DNA of 64,000 nt from Cetorhinus maximus. Taxonomy: Eukaryota. The notes below the pieces were generated by a model. That model had not been told where the DNA came from. It did not search any database and saw only the letters and a program-made list of their open reading frames with translations. Positions within the stretch are counted from its first letter, which is position 1, and every line of letters begins with the position of its first letter. A program made the translations under genes and the position numbers. The stretch covers positions 25,482,001 through 25,546,000 of the forward strand of contig NC_135901.1 in the NCBI RefSeq assembly GCF_964194155.1. Direction: 5' to 3'. This document shows positions 1 through 12,949 of this stretch, piece by piece.

Positions 1-131
1 GGTTGGGCTGAAGGAGATTATAGGGATAGGGAGGGCAAAAGGATTTGAAAATAAGGGTGAGAATTAAAAAATTTTGATATTTCATACCCGGAGCTTTTGT
101 AGGTCAGTGGGCACAGGGAAGATGGGTGAAC

Positions 132-898
132 ATTCGTGCCACACAAGTGCCAGGCAATGACCATCTCCAATAAGAGAGAATCTAACCATCTCCGCTTGAC
201 ATTCAATGTTACCATCGCTGAATCCCCAACTGTCAACATCCGGGGGTGGGGAGGGGTCACGGTTACCATTGACTGGAAACTGAACTGGACTAGCTACAAA
301 AATACAAAAAGAGCAGGTCAGAGGCTAGGAATCCTGTGAGGAGCAACTCATCTCCTGACTCCCCAAAGCCTGCCCACCATCTACAAGACACAGGTCAGGA
401 GTGTGATGAAATACTCTCCACCTGCCTGGATGAGTCCAGCTCCAACAGCACTCAAGAAGCTCGACGCCATCCAGGACAAAGCAGCCTGTTTGATTGACAC
501 TACATCCACCACCTTAATCATTCACTCCTTCCACCTCTGATGCACAGTAGCAGCAGTGTGTACCATCTACAAGATGCACTGCAGCAACTCACCAAGCCTC
601 CTTCGAGAGCACCTTCCCAGCACGTGACCCCTGCCATCTAGAAGGACAAGGGCAGCAGATACACCAACTGGAAGTTCCCATCCAAGTCACTCACCATCTT
701 GACTTGGAAATATATCACTGTTCCTTCACTGTCAGTGGGTCAAAATCCTGGATCTCCCTCCCGAACAGCACTCCGGCTGTACCTACACCACATGGACTGC
801 GGTGGTTCAAGAAGGCAGCTCACCTCGAAGGCAATTAGGGATGGGTAATGAATGCTGGTCCAGCCAGCGATGACCACATCCTATGAATGAATAAAAAG
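132..898 (+). mobile_element. 5'-truncated CR1-clade LINE (family B) 3' end
   Basis: ORF 136-339 'PHKCQAMTISNKRESNH' matches the RT-downstream region of the copy at 54156-54923 (FADD). Ends in the shared tail gggcaattagggatggg...cacatcctatgaatgaataaaaa. Confidence 0.8.
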
Positions 899-906
899 AT
901 GACTTG

Positions 907-1188
907 GGGCAGAATTTTCTGCTCATCAGGTGGGCGTGTGCCCAACTGGAAGAGTGTAAAATGACGCACGATGAGGTCAGGCAGCTCTGTCTCAGGGAGA
1001 TTTCCCACACGTGCGCTCGCCCTCCTCCACACAGGCAGTGCTGCAGCACACGATTCATGCTGGGCGTGCCTTAATTGGCCTGCTAGCATGAAATTGTGCT
1101 CGGGGCCCCAATCGCGGGCAGCGGTCAGCTTCCCAATCGCTCCCGCTCGCCCCTGCTGAGCCCACCTGGCGAGGGCAAAACTCTGCCC
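907..1188. mobile_element. MITE with ~29-bp imperfect TIRs and 3-bp TSD (Harbinger-like signature)
   Basis: GGGCAGAATTTTCTGCTCATCAGGTGGGC ... GCCCACCTGGCGAGGGCAAAACTCTGCCC, flanked by TTG on both sides. Paralogous empty site with a single TTG at 32605-32607. Confidence 0.8.
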
Positions 1189-2129
1189 TTGGTGTGAGTA
1201 GCACACGAGCAGCAGAGTTTTGGATGACCTCAAGATTACAGAGAGGTTGAATGTGGGAGGCCGTCCGGGAGTGCGTTCGGGTTGTTAAGTCTAGAGGTAA
1301 AAAAGGAATGGACGATGGTTTCAGAAGCTGGTGAACTGAGACTGGGCGGAATTGGACAATGTTATTGAGGTGGAAATAGGCGGTTTTGGTGATGATGTGG
1401 ATATGTGGTTGGAAGTTTATCTTGGGGTGAAATATTTCACTGTGATTGTGAACAGTCTGGTTCAGTTGCTGTGGAGAGCGATGGAGTTGGTTAGAGAGTG
1501 GACATTGTAGCAGGGACTGAAGACAATGCCTTCAGTATTCCCAATATTTAAATGAAGGAAATTTCTGCTCATCCAGTACTGGATGTCAGACAAGTCAGGA
1601 TGGTGTGTGACTTAGAGGGGAATTTGGAGGTGAAGGTGTTCACATACACCTGCTACCCTGGTCTTTCTAGGTGGTGTGTAGGTTGAAGGTTTTGGAGATT
1701 CTGTCAGAGTTATGGTCAAGCTGTATATATATAAAATCTCCCTCCTATCCCTCTCCTTTGCTCCCTGCCTTCTTCCTCCTCTCTTCCCATAGAGACCAGA
1801 GTCTTGTGTAGGCTCAGACTGGGTGGCAGGTTCCCTTCCCTGAAGGACATTAGTGAACCAGTCACGTTTTTAGGACAATCCAGCAGTTTTCATGGTCACT
1901 TTTTCCTAGTGTCAAGCCCCACAAATTACCAGATTCATTCAGTTCAATTTCACAACCTGCCTTCGTGTTTTTGTGGGTTCTCTCTCACTCCCTTTTTTCT
2001 GTTTTAAATCAATTTCACAGGTTATTAGAAGGGAAGGATTTGCAGTCAGAATACTGAAACCAAACATCTCATCTGGATCTCACAGGGTCACTCGATTCAC
2101 CCTGACCTGAATATTTTCAGCCTTTGAAC

Positions 2130-3170
2130 ATGGAAGCAAAAAGCACTGTTCACTCCGGGGAGAAACCATGGAAATGTGGGGACTGTGGGAAGGGATTCAA
2201 TTACCCATCTGAGCTGGAAATTCATCAGCGAGTTCATACTGGGGAGAGGCCGTTCACCTGCTCCGAGTGTGGGAAGGGATTCACTAAGTCATCCAACCTG
2301 CTGACACACCAGCGAGTTCATACTGGAGAGAGACCATTCCTCTGCTCCGAGTGTGGGAAGGGATTCGTTCAGTCATCCGACCTGCTGACTCACCAGCAAA
2401 TACACACTGGGGAAAGGCCATTCACGTGCTCCAAGTGTGGGAAAGGATTCACTTGGTCATCCCACCTGCTGAGACACCAGCGAGTTCACACTAAGGAAAG
2501 ACCACTCACCTGCTCTGAGTGTGGGAAGGGATTCACTAATTCATCCAACCTGAAGAGACACCAGCGAGTTCATATTGACAAGAGACCTTTTAAATGCTCA
2601 GACTGCGGGAAGTGCTATAAAAGTTCCCTGGACCTGATGCATCATCAACGTGTTCATACTGACGAGAGACCATTCAGGTGCTGTCACTGCGGGACTGGGT
2701 TCAGGCGATTATCGCAACTCATTGTACACCAGCAAATTCACACTGGGGAGAGACCATTCACATGCTCTGAATGTGGGAAGGGATTTGCTTATTCATCCCA
2801 CTTGCTTACACACCAGCGAGTTCACACTGCCGAGAGACCTTTCAAATGCCCAGACTGCGGGAAGTGCTATAAAAGTTCTGGGGAACTGATGTCCCATCAA
2901 CGTGTTCACACTGATGAGAGACCGTTCAGGTGCTCTCACTGTGGGACTGGGTTCAGGCGATCATCTGAACTCACTGTACACCAGCGAGTTCACACTGGGG
3001 AGAGACCATTCACCTGCTCTGAGTGTGGGAAGGACTTCACTCAAACATCCCACCTGCTGAATCACCAGCGAGTCCACACAGGGGAGAGGCCGTTCACCTG
3101 CTCCAAGTGTGGGAAGGGATTCACTCAGTTATCCCATGTGCTGAGACACCAACAAGTTCATTTACACTGA
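2130..3170 (+). CDS. Tandem C2H2 zinc-finger protein (12 fingers, no KRAB visible); two decayed fingers follow to ~3335
   Basis: ATG at 2130 ([16 protein letters not shown]), repeated CxxC...HxxxH with HTGERPF linkers, acceptor tttcacag at ~2020, AATAAA at ~3415 and ~3463. Confidence 0.8.
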   Translation: MEAKSTVHSGEKPWKCGDCGKGFNYPSELEIHQRVHTGERPFTCSECGKGFTKSSNLLTHQRVHTGERPFLCSECGKGFVQSSDLLTHQQIHTGERPFTCSKCGKGFTWSSHLLRHQRVHTKERPLTCSECGKGFTNSSNLKRHQRVHIDKRPFKCSDCGKCYKSSLDLMHHQRVHTDERPFRCCHCGTGFRRLSQLIVHQQIHTGERPFTCSECGKGFAYSSHLLTHQRVHTAERPFKCPDCGKCYKSSGELMSHQRVHTDERPFRCSHCGTGFRRSSELTVHQRVHTGERPFTCSECGKDFTQTSHLLNHQRVHTGERPFTCSKCGKGFTQLSHVLRHQQVHLH

Positions 3171-3242
3171 TGAGAAACTGTTCAGGAGTTCTCAGTGCGG
3201 GACTGGGTTCATGCAATCATCTCAATTCATGTCCATAAGTGA

Positions 3243-3344
<102 letters not shown>

Positions 3345-3539
3345 TGAAGGGATTTTGCTGTTAACCACATTCATGACTGAACCATATTCATTGGATTCTG
3401 CTTCTGCTGATGTTAATAAACTCCAGCCCAATTATAGGGGTTAAGGTTATGGATAAAAGTCAAATAAATCAGTTTTGCGCTAAACACAGTGTGTTGAATC
3501 TTTTTCATATCTCAAACATAAGTTTGTTACTTTTGAAGT

Positions 3540-5630
3540 GCTCTCTCCTCCATCCTCACCTCCAACAAGCTCATGGATCTTCTCTATCACTAAGATTCAG
3601 ACCCTCTCATCAGCTGTCTCTGCTGCTTCCCTCCCTTCCACTAGCCCTCCGGGCCAAACTATCTCTAAAGTTCCTGTTTGTCCGGGCCCTGAACTCACAT
3701 CTTTCTCCAGTTTCTCTTCTATCTCCCTCTCAGTGCTCATCTTTCTGCTCCATGCACCCTATTCTCAACACACTACAGACCATCCATCTTCGCCATGTTA
3801 GCTGAAATTGTTAGCAGTTTTCTCTCCTCTTGATATTGTCCTTCTCATCTTTAACCACACCATCACCACACATCCTAAAATAACCCTTGACTCCACTGTC
3901 GTTGCAACCTACTCCCCATCTCCAATTTCCCTTTCCTCTCCAAAGCCCTTGAACTTGATGTCCCCCAAGGATCTATCCTTGGCCCCTCCTATTTCTCATC
4001 TACAGGCTGCCAGTAGGTGACATCACCCAAAAGCACCGTGTTAGTTTTCACATGTACACTGAAAATGCCCGGCTCTACCTCACCACCATCCCTCTCCATT
4101 CCTCCACTGTTACTAAATTATCAAACTGCTTATCCAACACCCAGTACTGGAGCAGAAATTTCCTCCAATTAAAAATTGGGAAGACCAAAGCCATTGTCTT
4201 CGGTCACCACTACAAATTCCGTTCCCGAACTACCGAGTCCATCCCTCTCCCTGGGAACTGTCTGAGGCTGAACAACACTCTTCCCAATCGTGGTGTCAGA
4301 TTTAACCCCAAGATGAGTTTCTGATCACATATCCACACCATCACTAAAAGCAGATATTTCAATATCCATAACGTCACCTGTCTCAACCCCACCCCAGCTC
4401 ATCTGCTGCTGAAACCCTCATCCACGCCCGTGTTACCTTTAGACTTGACGATTCCAATACATTCCAGGCCAGACTCTCATATTCATCCCACCCCCACGTG
4501 GAAACATGTGATCATCCAAAACTCTGCCCCTGTGCTTTTTCACACCAAGTCCCGTTCATCCATTCCTCACCATTTTTGATTTATTCTTTTACAGGATATG
4601 GGCGTCCCGGCTAGGCCAGCATCTGTTGCCCATCCCTAGTTGCCCTTGACAAGGTGGTGGTGAGCTGCCTTCTTGAACCGCTGCAGTCCATGTGGTGTAG
4701 GTACACCCACAGTGCTGTTAGGGAGTTCCAGGATTTTGATCCAGTGATAGTGAAGGAATGACCATAGAGTTCCAAGTTAGGATGGAGTGTTTCTTGGAGG
4801 GGAACTTGCAGGTGGTGGTGTTCCCATATTTCTGCTGACCTTCTAGGTGGTAGAGGTTGCAGGTTTGGAAGGTGCTGTCGAAAGAGCCTTAGTGAGTTGC
4901 TGCAGTGCATCTTGTAGATGGTACACACTGCTGTCACTATGCGTCACTGGTGATGGGTGTGAATGTTTAAGCTAGTGGATGGGGTGCCAAACAAGCGAGG
5001 TGCCAAAGGATGTTTTGGCCTGGATGGTGTCCAGATTCTTGAGTGTTGTTGGAGTTGAACTCATCCAGGCAAGTGGGCAGTATTCCATCACATACCTGAC
5101 TTGTGCCTTGTAGATGGTGGACAGGCTTTGGGATGTCAGGAGCTGAGTTTCTTGCCATATAATTCCTAGCTTCTGACCTGTTCTTGTAGCCACAGTATTT
5201 ATATGGCTGTTTCAGTTCAGTTTCTGGTCAATAATAATGTTGATGTAGTGTGTGACTGGCCCCTGGTCAAGCAATGATTCGATTTTAAAATTTGCATCCT
5301 TGTTTGCAAATTGTTCCAAGGCCTCTTCCCTCCCTATCTCTGTAATCTCCAATCACACACCCTCTGGGATATCTGCACTCTTCACATTCTGACCTCTTTA
5401 GCACCCCTGATTTTAATTACTCCATTGGTCACCAGGCCCAGGTGTGAAGCTCTGAAATTCCATCCCTAAACCTCTTAACCTCTCTCCTATTCGAGATTCT
5501 TGTTACAATCTGCCTCTCCAATCAAACTTTGGCCATTTACCAAAATAACCCCAATGTGACTCGGTGTCAATTTTTGTTTTATGAAACTTGTCTGAAGCAC
5601 ATTAATCGTGTTATATAAATACAAGTTGTT
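3540..5630 (+). mobile_element. Degraded L2 LINE fragments with a nested antisense CR1-B copy (4575-5235)
   Basis: ORF 4052-4324 resembles the L2 RT C-terminus ('LYLTT...LSNCLSNTQYW..NFLQLKIGKTKAIVFG'). The CR1-B tail appears reverse-complemented at 4580-4660. Confidence 0.65.
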
Positions 5631-6059
5631 ACTGTTTCACAACAGCCAGTTTGTGCACAGTTAGATTCTATAAGCAGCAATCAGACCAGTGACCGATTAA
5701 TCCAGTTTCTTTTTGGTGGTGTTAGTTAAAACACAAATGTTGGTCCCACTGCACCAGGAGAACTCCCCTGTGGACAGTATGTGGAGTTGTTGAGTTCTCC
5801 TGAGCTGAGAGTGGAGCTGATTGAGCTGTCGGGCCTGCAGTGTACCTTGAAGAACTGCTGTCTGGGACCTTTCCTCTTAATTCATTGACTCCCAGTTGGA
5901 CTTGTCTCTGCAGTAAAATAGTTAACTTTGAATATCAATCTCAATTTAATCTTTGATTCAAAATCTACAACTTTTAGTCAGCTGTAAAAGACAAAGAAAG
6001 TTCTTGTGCTCCTTTAGAACCTTTCACACCCTCAGAACATCCCAAAGTGATTTACAGTC

Positions 6060-7830
6060 AATGATGAATTTTGGGAGGAAGAATGAGGAGAGGCAGAATA
6101 AACTAAATGGTACAATTTTAAACAGAGTGCAGGAACAGAGTGACCTGGGAGTGTATAGACACAAATCTTTGAAGGGAGCAGGAAAGGTTTATCCAGCTGT
6201 TTTGTTTTACAGATATCCCTGTGGGGTCCTTGGCTTTATCAATGGAGACATGGAGAACAAAAGTAAGGAACTTATCCTGAATCTTTATAAATCACTGATT
6301 CATCCTCAATTTTAAGTCGGGTGTTCAGTTCTGAGCACCACACTTTAGGAAAGATGTCAAGCCCTTGCAGAGGGAACATGGGAGATTTACTAGAATGGAA
6401 CTGGGAATGAGCAGTTTCAGTTTTGAGGAGAGACTGGAGAAGCTGAGATTGTTCTCTTTGGAGCAGAGAAGGTTACCAAGCGATTTAATAGAGGTGTGGA
6501 CATTTTGAGGAGTTATCATCGACAAAGGGAGCAATTGTTTTCATTGGCAGGATGGTTGGTAGCTGCAGAACACAGATTTAAAATAATTGGCAAAAAATCC
6601 AGGGTGAAGATGAGGAGAGATTATTTTACTCAGTGAGTTTTGATGATCTGGAACACATTGCCTGAATGACTGGTGGAAGCAGATCCAATAGTAACTTTCA
6701 AAAGTGATTTCGGCTGTTACTTAATAAGGGAAGATTTATACGAACATACGAAATAGGAGCATACGTAGATCACTCGGCCTCTCAAGCCTGCTCCGCCATT
6801 CAATAAGATCATGGTTGATCTGTTTGTGATTCGAATTCCGCCTTCCCATCTATCCCCGATAGCCTTTGATTCCCTTACCTAACCAGAATCTATCTACCTC
6901 TGCCTTAAAAATATTCAGTGACCCCACCTCTATCTCCTTCGGAGGCGGAGTGTTCCTAAGTCACATAACCCTCTGAGAGAAAACATTTCTCCTCATCCCT
7001 GTCCGAAAAGGGCGATCCCTAATTTTCAAACAGTGCCCCCTAGTTCTGGACTCACCCACAAGAGGAAACATCCTTTCCACGTCCACCTTGTCAATACCAG
7101 AACAGCAGGGGAGTGGGACAGAATGGTAACATTTTCAGAGACAGATAGGACAATGGGCCAAATGGCCACCATCCCTGCTCTATTCTTCTATCATTTGAGG
7201 CTGGTACAGTGATGTTCCCCAAGGTTCAGTGCTGGAACCACTCCTTGTTTACTTTCTATAAATGACTAGAATTTTGGACTGCAGAATAAAATTTCTAAAT
7301 ATGCTGATGATGCCAAGCTTGAAGGAGTGGCAAAGAGTGACGATGATACAAATTGCCTGCAACAGGGCATGATAGGCTAGCAGAATGGGCAGGCAAGTGG
7401 CAGATGGAGTTGAATACAGAGAAGTGTGTGGTGATGCATTTTGGCAGAAGGGATTGGAAGAGGTAATATGGACTTAATGGCCCATTCTAAAGAGTGTGGA
7501 GGGACAAAAGGGAGGGTGCATGTCCACTGATCTTTGGAGGCAGTTCATATTGAGAGAGTGATTAGCAAACCAGATGGGAGCCTGGACTTCAATAAATAGA
7601 GATATTGAGCACAAAAGCAGGAAAGTTATGCTGAAGTTTTATAAAGATCTGGTTCGGGCCCAATTAGGGTCCAGTTCTGGTCACCACACTTTAGGAAAGA
7701 TGAGAAGGTCCTTGAGATGATGCAAAGGAGGTTTACCAGAATGGTTCCAGGAATTGGGGTTTTAGTTATAAAGTTGGGTTGGAAAGACTGGGATTATTTT
7801 GCTTGGAGCAAAAGAGATTGAGAGGAGGTT
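6060..7830 (+). mobile_element. Degraded CR1 LINE 3' fragments (with an antisense CR1 tail at ~6740-7100)
   Basis: 'LNGTIL.RVQEQ.DLGV', 'LYKSLI.PQ' and 'QFW.PH.RKD' motifs homologous to the intact CR1 ORF2 at 56409-57524. Confidence 0.65.
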
Positions 7831-8995
7831 GACTGATGTACATACGAATTAGGAGCAGGAGGAAGCCACTCGGTCCCTCGAGCCTCCTCCGCCATTCAAT
7901 CAGATCATGGCTGATTGTAATTTTCTTGAGTTACTTCCTCCCTTCCATTTCTTGATTTGCAGCTATTTCTGGGATGTTATGACAGGTTTAGATCAGGTCA
8001 ACAAGGATAAGCTCTTGCAGGTGTCATTGGCAGGGCCACCAGTTATTGCCCATCCATCATTGTCCTTGAGAAGGTGGTGATGAGATTCCTTTTAGGACAT
8101 GGTTTTGATATAACTGAGTGGCTCAGAGAGCATTTCAGAGTCAGCCACATTACTCTGATTCTGGAGTCACCAGGTGAGGTTAGGAGTGCAGGTTCCTTTC
8201 CTAAAGGATGTCAGTGAACCAGTTAGACTTTTACAACCACACAGTAGTTTCATGTGATACCAGCTTTTTATTCAGTTAATAGAATTTAAATTCCCCAACT
8301 TCTGTGGTGGGATTTGAACTTACATCTACCAGATTATCAGAGCAGCTTCTGTGTTACTAACCCAGTAAGATAACCATTAGGCTACTGTACCCTTCTTTAT
8401 ATCAAGATGAAATGCCTGTTGTATAATTGTAGCAACAGTTAACAGGCTCATGTGAACTCCTCCTAATTTAATTGAAGACTTTAACCAATTTACTTTCAAA
8501 AGGTTTCTTGAAAACAAAGTAACACCTGCCTCAAAAGGGTAGATTTAGGACTGTCACATTAAATATTCTAGAATAATTACCACAATCATTTCCAGACTGG
8601 AAACTTAAACCTGCCGTTTCACTCTCAGTCAGCAACAGGTCACAGTTTTACACCAGCCTCTGATTTGACAGCACATTTCCAGCATTCACTGTTGTTCTTC
8701 CTGACTCTAAACCCAGTTGTAAAGGAGCCTTCTGGTCCGTGTCTAGGAGCTTTGAACCATGAGCGGCTGGGACATATTTCTTACACACCTCAGGATTAAC
8801 CCACACGGGGACTTTGGTCAGTGAAGAGAGATGAGAAAGACCGAAGTGCCGTTTGTCCCTCTCAGTGTGTCCCTGAAGGACTGTGTCCAGGCTGAAGTTC
8901 TGTTCCTGCCGTATGATCCTCCCCCAGATTGTCCTTTCTGACCTCCAGCCAGGTGACGTTAAACACTCAGGACAAAAATCAACAACAATGTTTTT

Positions 8996-9190
8996 AAAAC
9001 TGCGGACGCTGGAATTCTGAAATATAAACAGGAAATGCCAGAAAAACTCAGCAGGCCTGTTAACTTCTGTGGATAGAGAAACAGATTGAATGTTTTGAGT
9101 CCAATATAACTCTTCCTCGAAGGACGAGAGTTATATGGACTCAAAACATTAACTCTGTTTCTCTCTCCACAGATACTACGAGGCCTGATT
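8996..9190. mobile_element. Penelope-derived fold-back (hairpin) element
   Basis: Inverted arms tgttttgagtccaatataactc / gagttatatggactcaaaaca with flanking tctgtggatagagaaacaga / tctgtttctctctccacaga. Same family as 30625-30802. Confidence 0.7.
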
Positions 9191-9331
9191 TATTTCACAG
9201 AATATTAAACTCCAGCCCAGTTACAGGGATTATAAACATCAGCAGAAAGAAACACCAGCTGTCAGAATGAACACTGTTCAATCCTGGACGTGATTAACAG
9301 CAGCAACAACAGCAGAATCCAACCTCTGCAG

Positions 9332-10174
9332 TCACTTGTGAATTCGCTTGTGAGTCACCAGGTTGGATGACCGAGTGAATCCCTTCCCACACTCAGAGCA
9401 GGTGAATGGTCTCTCCCCAGTGTGAAGTCGCTGGTGTCCCAGCAGGCTGAATTTTTGAGTGAATCCCTTCCCACACACAGAGCAGGTGAATGGCTTCTCT
9501 CCGGTATGAATTCGCTGGTGTGTCAGCAGGTGGGATGAATGGGTGAATCCCTTACCGCACTCGGAGCACGTGAATGGCCTCTCGCCAGTGTGAACTCTCT
9601 GGTGCTCCATGAGACTGGAAGATTGAGTGAATCCCTTCTCACACACGGAGCAGATGAACGGCCTCTCCCCAGTGTGAACTCTCTGGTGCTTCTGCAACGT
9701 GGAAGACTGAGTGAATCCCTTCCCACACAGAGAACAGGTGAATGGCCTCTCCCCAGTGTGAATGCGTTGGTGTGTCACCACCTCACTTCTACTTTTAAAA
9801 CTCTTCTCACATTCTGAACATTTAAAAGGTCTCTTGTCAGTGTGAACACGCCGGTGTGTCAGCAGGGTGGATAACTGTGCAAATTCCTTCCCACACACCA
9901 AGCAGGAAAATGGCCTCTCCCCGGTGTGAACTCGCATGTGCATGTGCAGCTTGGATAACTCTGTGAATCCCTTCCTGCACATGGAGCAGGTGAATGGCTT
10001 CTCCCCAGTGTGACTGCGCCGATGAATCTCCAGCTGGGATGGATAATTGAATCCCTTCCCACAGTCCCCGCATTTACAGGGTTTCTCTCCAGTGTGATTG
10101 CGTTGATGAGTGTCCAGCTCTGACGGGTAATTGAATCCCTTCCCACAGTCCCCACATTTCCACGGTTTCTCCAT
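9332..10174 (-). CDS. Tandem C2H2 zinc-finger protein (10 fingers)
   Basis: Intact [17 protein letters not shown]...HKRIHK* with canonical HTGEKP/HTGERP linkers; polyA-like signal at ~9190-9195 on the minus strand. Confidence 0.85.
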   Translation of the reverse strand: MEKPWKCGDCGKGFNYPSELDTHQRNHTGEKPCKCGDCGKGFNYPSQLEIHRRSHTGEKPFTCSMCRKGFTELSKLHMHMRVHTGERPFSCLVCGKEFAQLSTLLTHRRVHTDKRPFKCSECEKSFKSRSEVVTHQRIHTGERPFTCSLCGKGFTQSSTLQKHQRVHTGERPFICSVCEKGFTQSSSLMEHQRVHTGERPFTCSECGKGFTHSSHLLTHQRIHTGEKPFTCSVCGKGFTQKFSLLGHQRLHTGERPFTCSECGKGFTRSSNLVTHKRIHK

Positions 10175-12159
10175 GGTGTGAGTGTCCTTGTGTCTCTCCA
10201 GGTTGGACGATCAGTTGAAGCCTCATCCACACACAGAACACATGTACGGTCTCTCCCCACTGTGAATGGTGTGATGTTTTTTCAGGATCTGTAACTGGTT
10301 AAAGATCTTTCCACAGTCAGTTCACTGGAACACTCTCACTCAGGTGTGTGTGTGTCTCAATACTTTTCCAGTCACACTGATGTTTGAAATTTTTTCCCAC
10401 AGACCGAACAGACAAACATTTCCCCTTTCACAATCAAAGACTGATGATATTCAGGTCCTGATGAATCGAGTGATTCTGTCAGATCCTGATGTGATATTTG
10501 ACTTGAGTTTCCTGTCTGTAAATCTTCCCGTTCTAATCCCCTGTAAAAGGAGTTCACACAGAATTACTTAGAATATAGAGCACAGAAACAGACCATTCAG
10601 TCCAGCAAGTTTGTGCCCATATTTATGCTCCAAACTCATCCCCTTCCATTCCATCTGCCTCAACTCAGCCTTTCAGTTTATCTTTCTATTCCCTTTTCTC
10701 TCATGTAATCAGTTAGTTTCCTTTTGAAACATCTAAGCATTTTGCCTCAATCACTTCCTGTGGCAGCGAGTTTCACATTCTAACCAATCTCAGAGTGAAC
10801 ACATTTCTCTTTATTGGATTCCTCAGTAACTGTCTTGTATTTCTGGCCCCGAGTTTTGGATTCTCTCACACGTGGAAACATTTTCTCCACATTGACCAAG
10901 ATCCCACATGGCAGACTGGGCAGGAAAGTAAAAACTCATAGGACCCTAAAAGGAGTGGCAAATTGGATGCAAAATTGGCTAATGGCAGGAAGCAGTGGTG
11001 CATGGTCAATGTATGTTTTTGTGAATGGAAGGCTGTTTCCAGTGATGTTCTGCGGGCCTCAGTACTGGTTAACAATAAAAATAAAAGCTGTAAGAGTGCA
11101 GAAAGATATCACTGGACTAGTCAGGTGGGCCAAGTGCTGTCTTCACACACTAAGGATACCCTCCATCATGCTGTGTGGCACTACCACTGTGCTGAATGAA
11201 ATAGATTCAGAGAGGATCCAGCAGCTCAAAATTGGACATCCATGAGGCGCTGTGAGCCATCAGCAGCAGCAGAATTGTATTCAACCACAATGTGTAACCT
11301 CATGGCCCTGCCTATCCCTCATTTCTGCCATTACCATCAAGCTTAGGAATTAACCCTGGTTCAATGAGGAGTGTAGGAGAGCAGCAGACTGCAGAAGTTC
11401 AAGAAGCAGTGATGGACTGCAGCGGTTCATGAAGGCAGCTCATCACCATCTCAAGGGCAATTAGGGATGGGCAATAAATGTTGGCCTAGCCAATGATTCC
11501 CACATCCCATGAATGAATTTAAAAGATGTGTGGCAGCGCCAGGCATATTGAGAAATGAGGCGTCCGCTTGGTGAAGATACAACACAGGACTACAGACATG
11601 TCAAACAGCGGAAGCAGAATGCAACAGACAGAGCTAAATGATCCCAATAGGTTAGATCTAAGCTTTGCTGTCCTGCTACATCCAGTGGCGAATGTTGGTG
11701 GACAATTAAACAACTCACTGGAGGAGGAGGCTCCACAAATATCTCCAACCTCAATGATGATGCCCAGCATGTCAGTGCAAAAGACAAGTTGCATTTGCAG
11801 CTTTTTACCTTCCACATTAAGATGCTGATGATATTCAGGTTCTGATGAATCGAGTGACTCTGTCAGATCTTATTGTGATGTTTGGTTTGAGTTTCCCATC
11901 TGTAAATCCTTCCTCTTCTAATACCCTGGAAAAAGAGCTTCGAAAGCCATCAATATCAGTGCAGAATAAATATTCAGAACTAACAAAGAGTTTGCTGTCT
12001 ATAATTCCACCTCGTGCCCCACGGCTTCTAATCCCCTCTAAAAGGAATTTTCGAAAGCCATCACTGCCAGTCCAGGATGGAAATCTCTCCTCCAGCTCCA
12101 GGCCGCAGAACGATCACGCATGCGCCGTCTACACATTGCCCCCCCCCCCCCCCCCCCGC

Positions 12160-12340
12160 ATAAAGATCGCGACGGCGCATGCGGCCTAGTGTGTATTGAC
12201 CCCGATAAAGATGGTGACTGCGCATGCGGCCTAGTTTGCTTTGTTCCACGATAAAGATGGCGACTGCGCATGCGGCCTAGTGCCTATTGACCCCGATAAA
12301 GATGGAAGCTGCGCATGCGGCCTATTGTACATTGATCCCA
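12160..12340. promoter_or_regulatory. Tandem ~45-bp promoter-like array (4 units), each with YY1-like AAGATGG(CG) and NRF1-like (T)GCGCATGCG
   Basis: Units start at 12160, 12205, 12251 and 12296, consensus ataaagatggcgactgcgcatgcggcctagtgyntattgaccccg. CpG-rich; upstream of the minus-strand ZNF at 9332-10174. Confidence 0.65.
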
Positions 12341-12779
12341 ATAGATAGCAGTCGTTAACATGGTTGTAGTTAGAAGCGCTACAGCTGTCGACTCGCTCGG
12401 TGCAAACGCACCAATAGATCCTTGTTCGGACCTTCAGGCCTACACCTGGTTTTTATGAAGCCTCCCCACACATCTCCGGGCTCATCGATCCCACCGAGTG
12501 GCCGCTGCTTCCTAGCTGCAGATGTGAAAAACAAGCCTGTGTCAGTCGGCATGCGCAATAGTCTCCTGTGGTGTGGATAGGGGGTATTCTGCACCGCGGG
12601 GATTTCTGGGTGAATGATCCGCCATTGAAAGTTCCACTTAGTTCATAACTTTTTTTGTTGTAATGGAGTGGACACTTGAGGAAATTGATAACATTAGGAA
12701 ATAAATTGGACTGAAACTGAAGTGAACGGACTCTCCATTATCCAGGAGAAAGAAGGGAATTGGAAACTGATGAACAATC

Positions 12780-12880
12780 GACAGTCCCTAAAACAGCAAC
12801 AATAACAGCAGAATCCAACCCGTGCATTTACATGTGAACTCACTCGTGTCTTAGCGAGTCGAGTGAATGAATGAATCACT
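12780..12880 (-). pseudogene. ZNF gene terminal-finger/3'UTR relic
   Basis: cagcaacaataacagcagaatccaacc...tgtgaactcactcgtgtct matches the 3' ends of the ZNF genes at 9300-9360 and 47950-48010. Confidence 0.55.
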
Positions 12881-12949
12881 GGGGACAGGCTATCAACAAA
12901 TATTCATCATAAGCCCAGCGTTTCCCAGAGCTACCACAACTACAGTTCC

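Larger units (their letters stand above)
1..1590 (-). mobile_element. L2 LINE ORF2 3' fragment, interrupted by a CR1-type insertion (132-898) and a MITE (907-1188)
   Basis: Same L2-like sequence is seen on + at 4050-4570 and uninterrupted in the paralogous copy at 32560-32660 and 33000-33320. Confidence 0.65.

Noticed and set aside
12160-12340. CRISPR-like repeat/spacer array
   Set aside because: The variable parts are homologous to each other (plain tandem repeat), the context is vertebrate and there are no cas genes.
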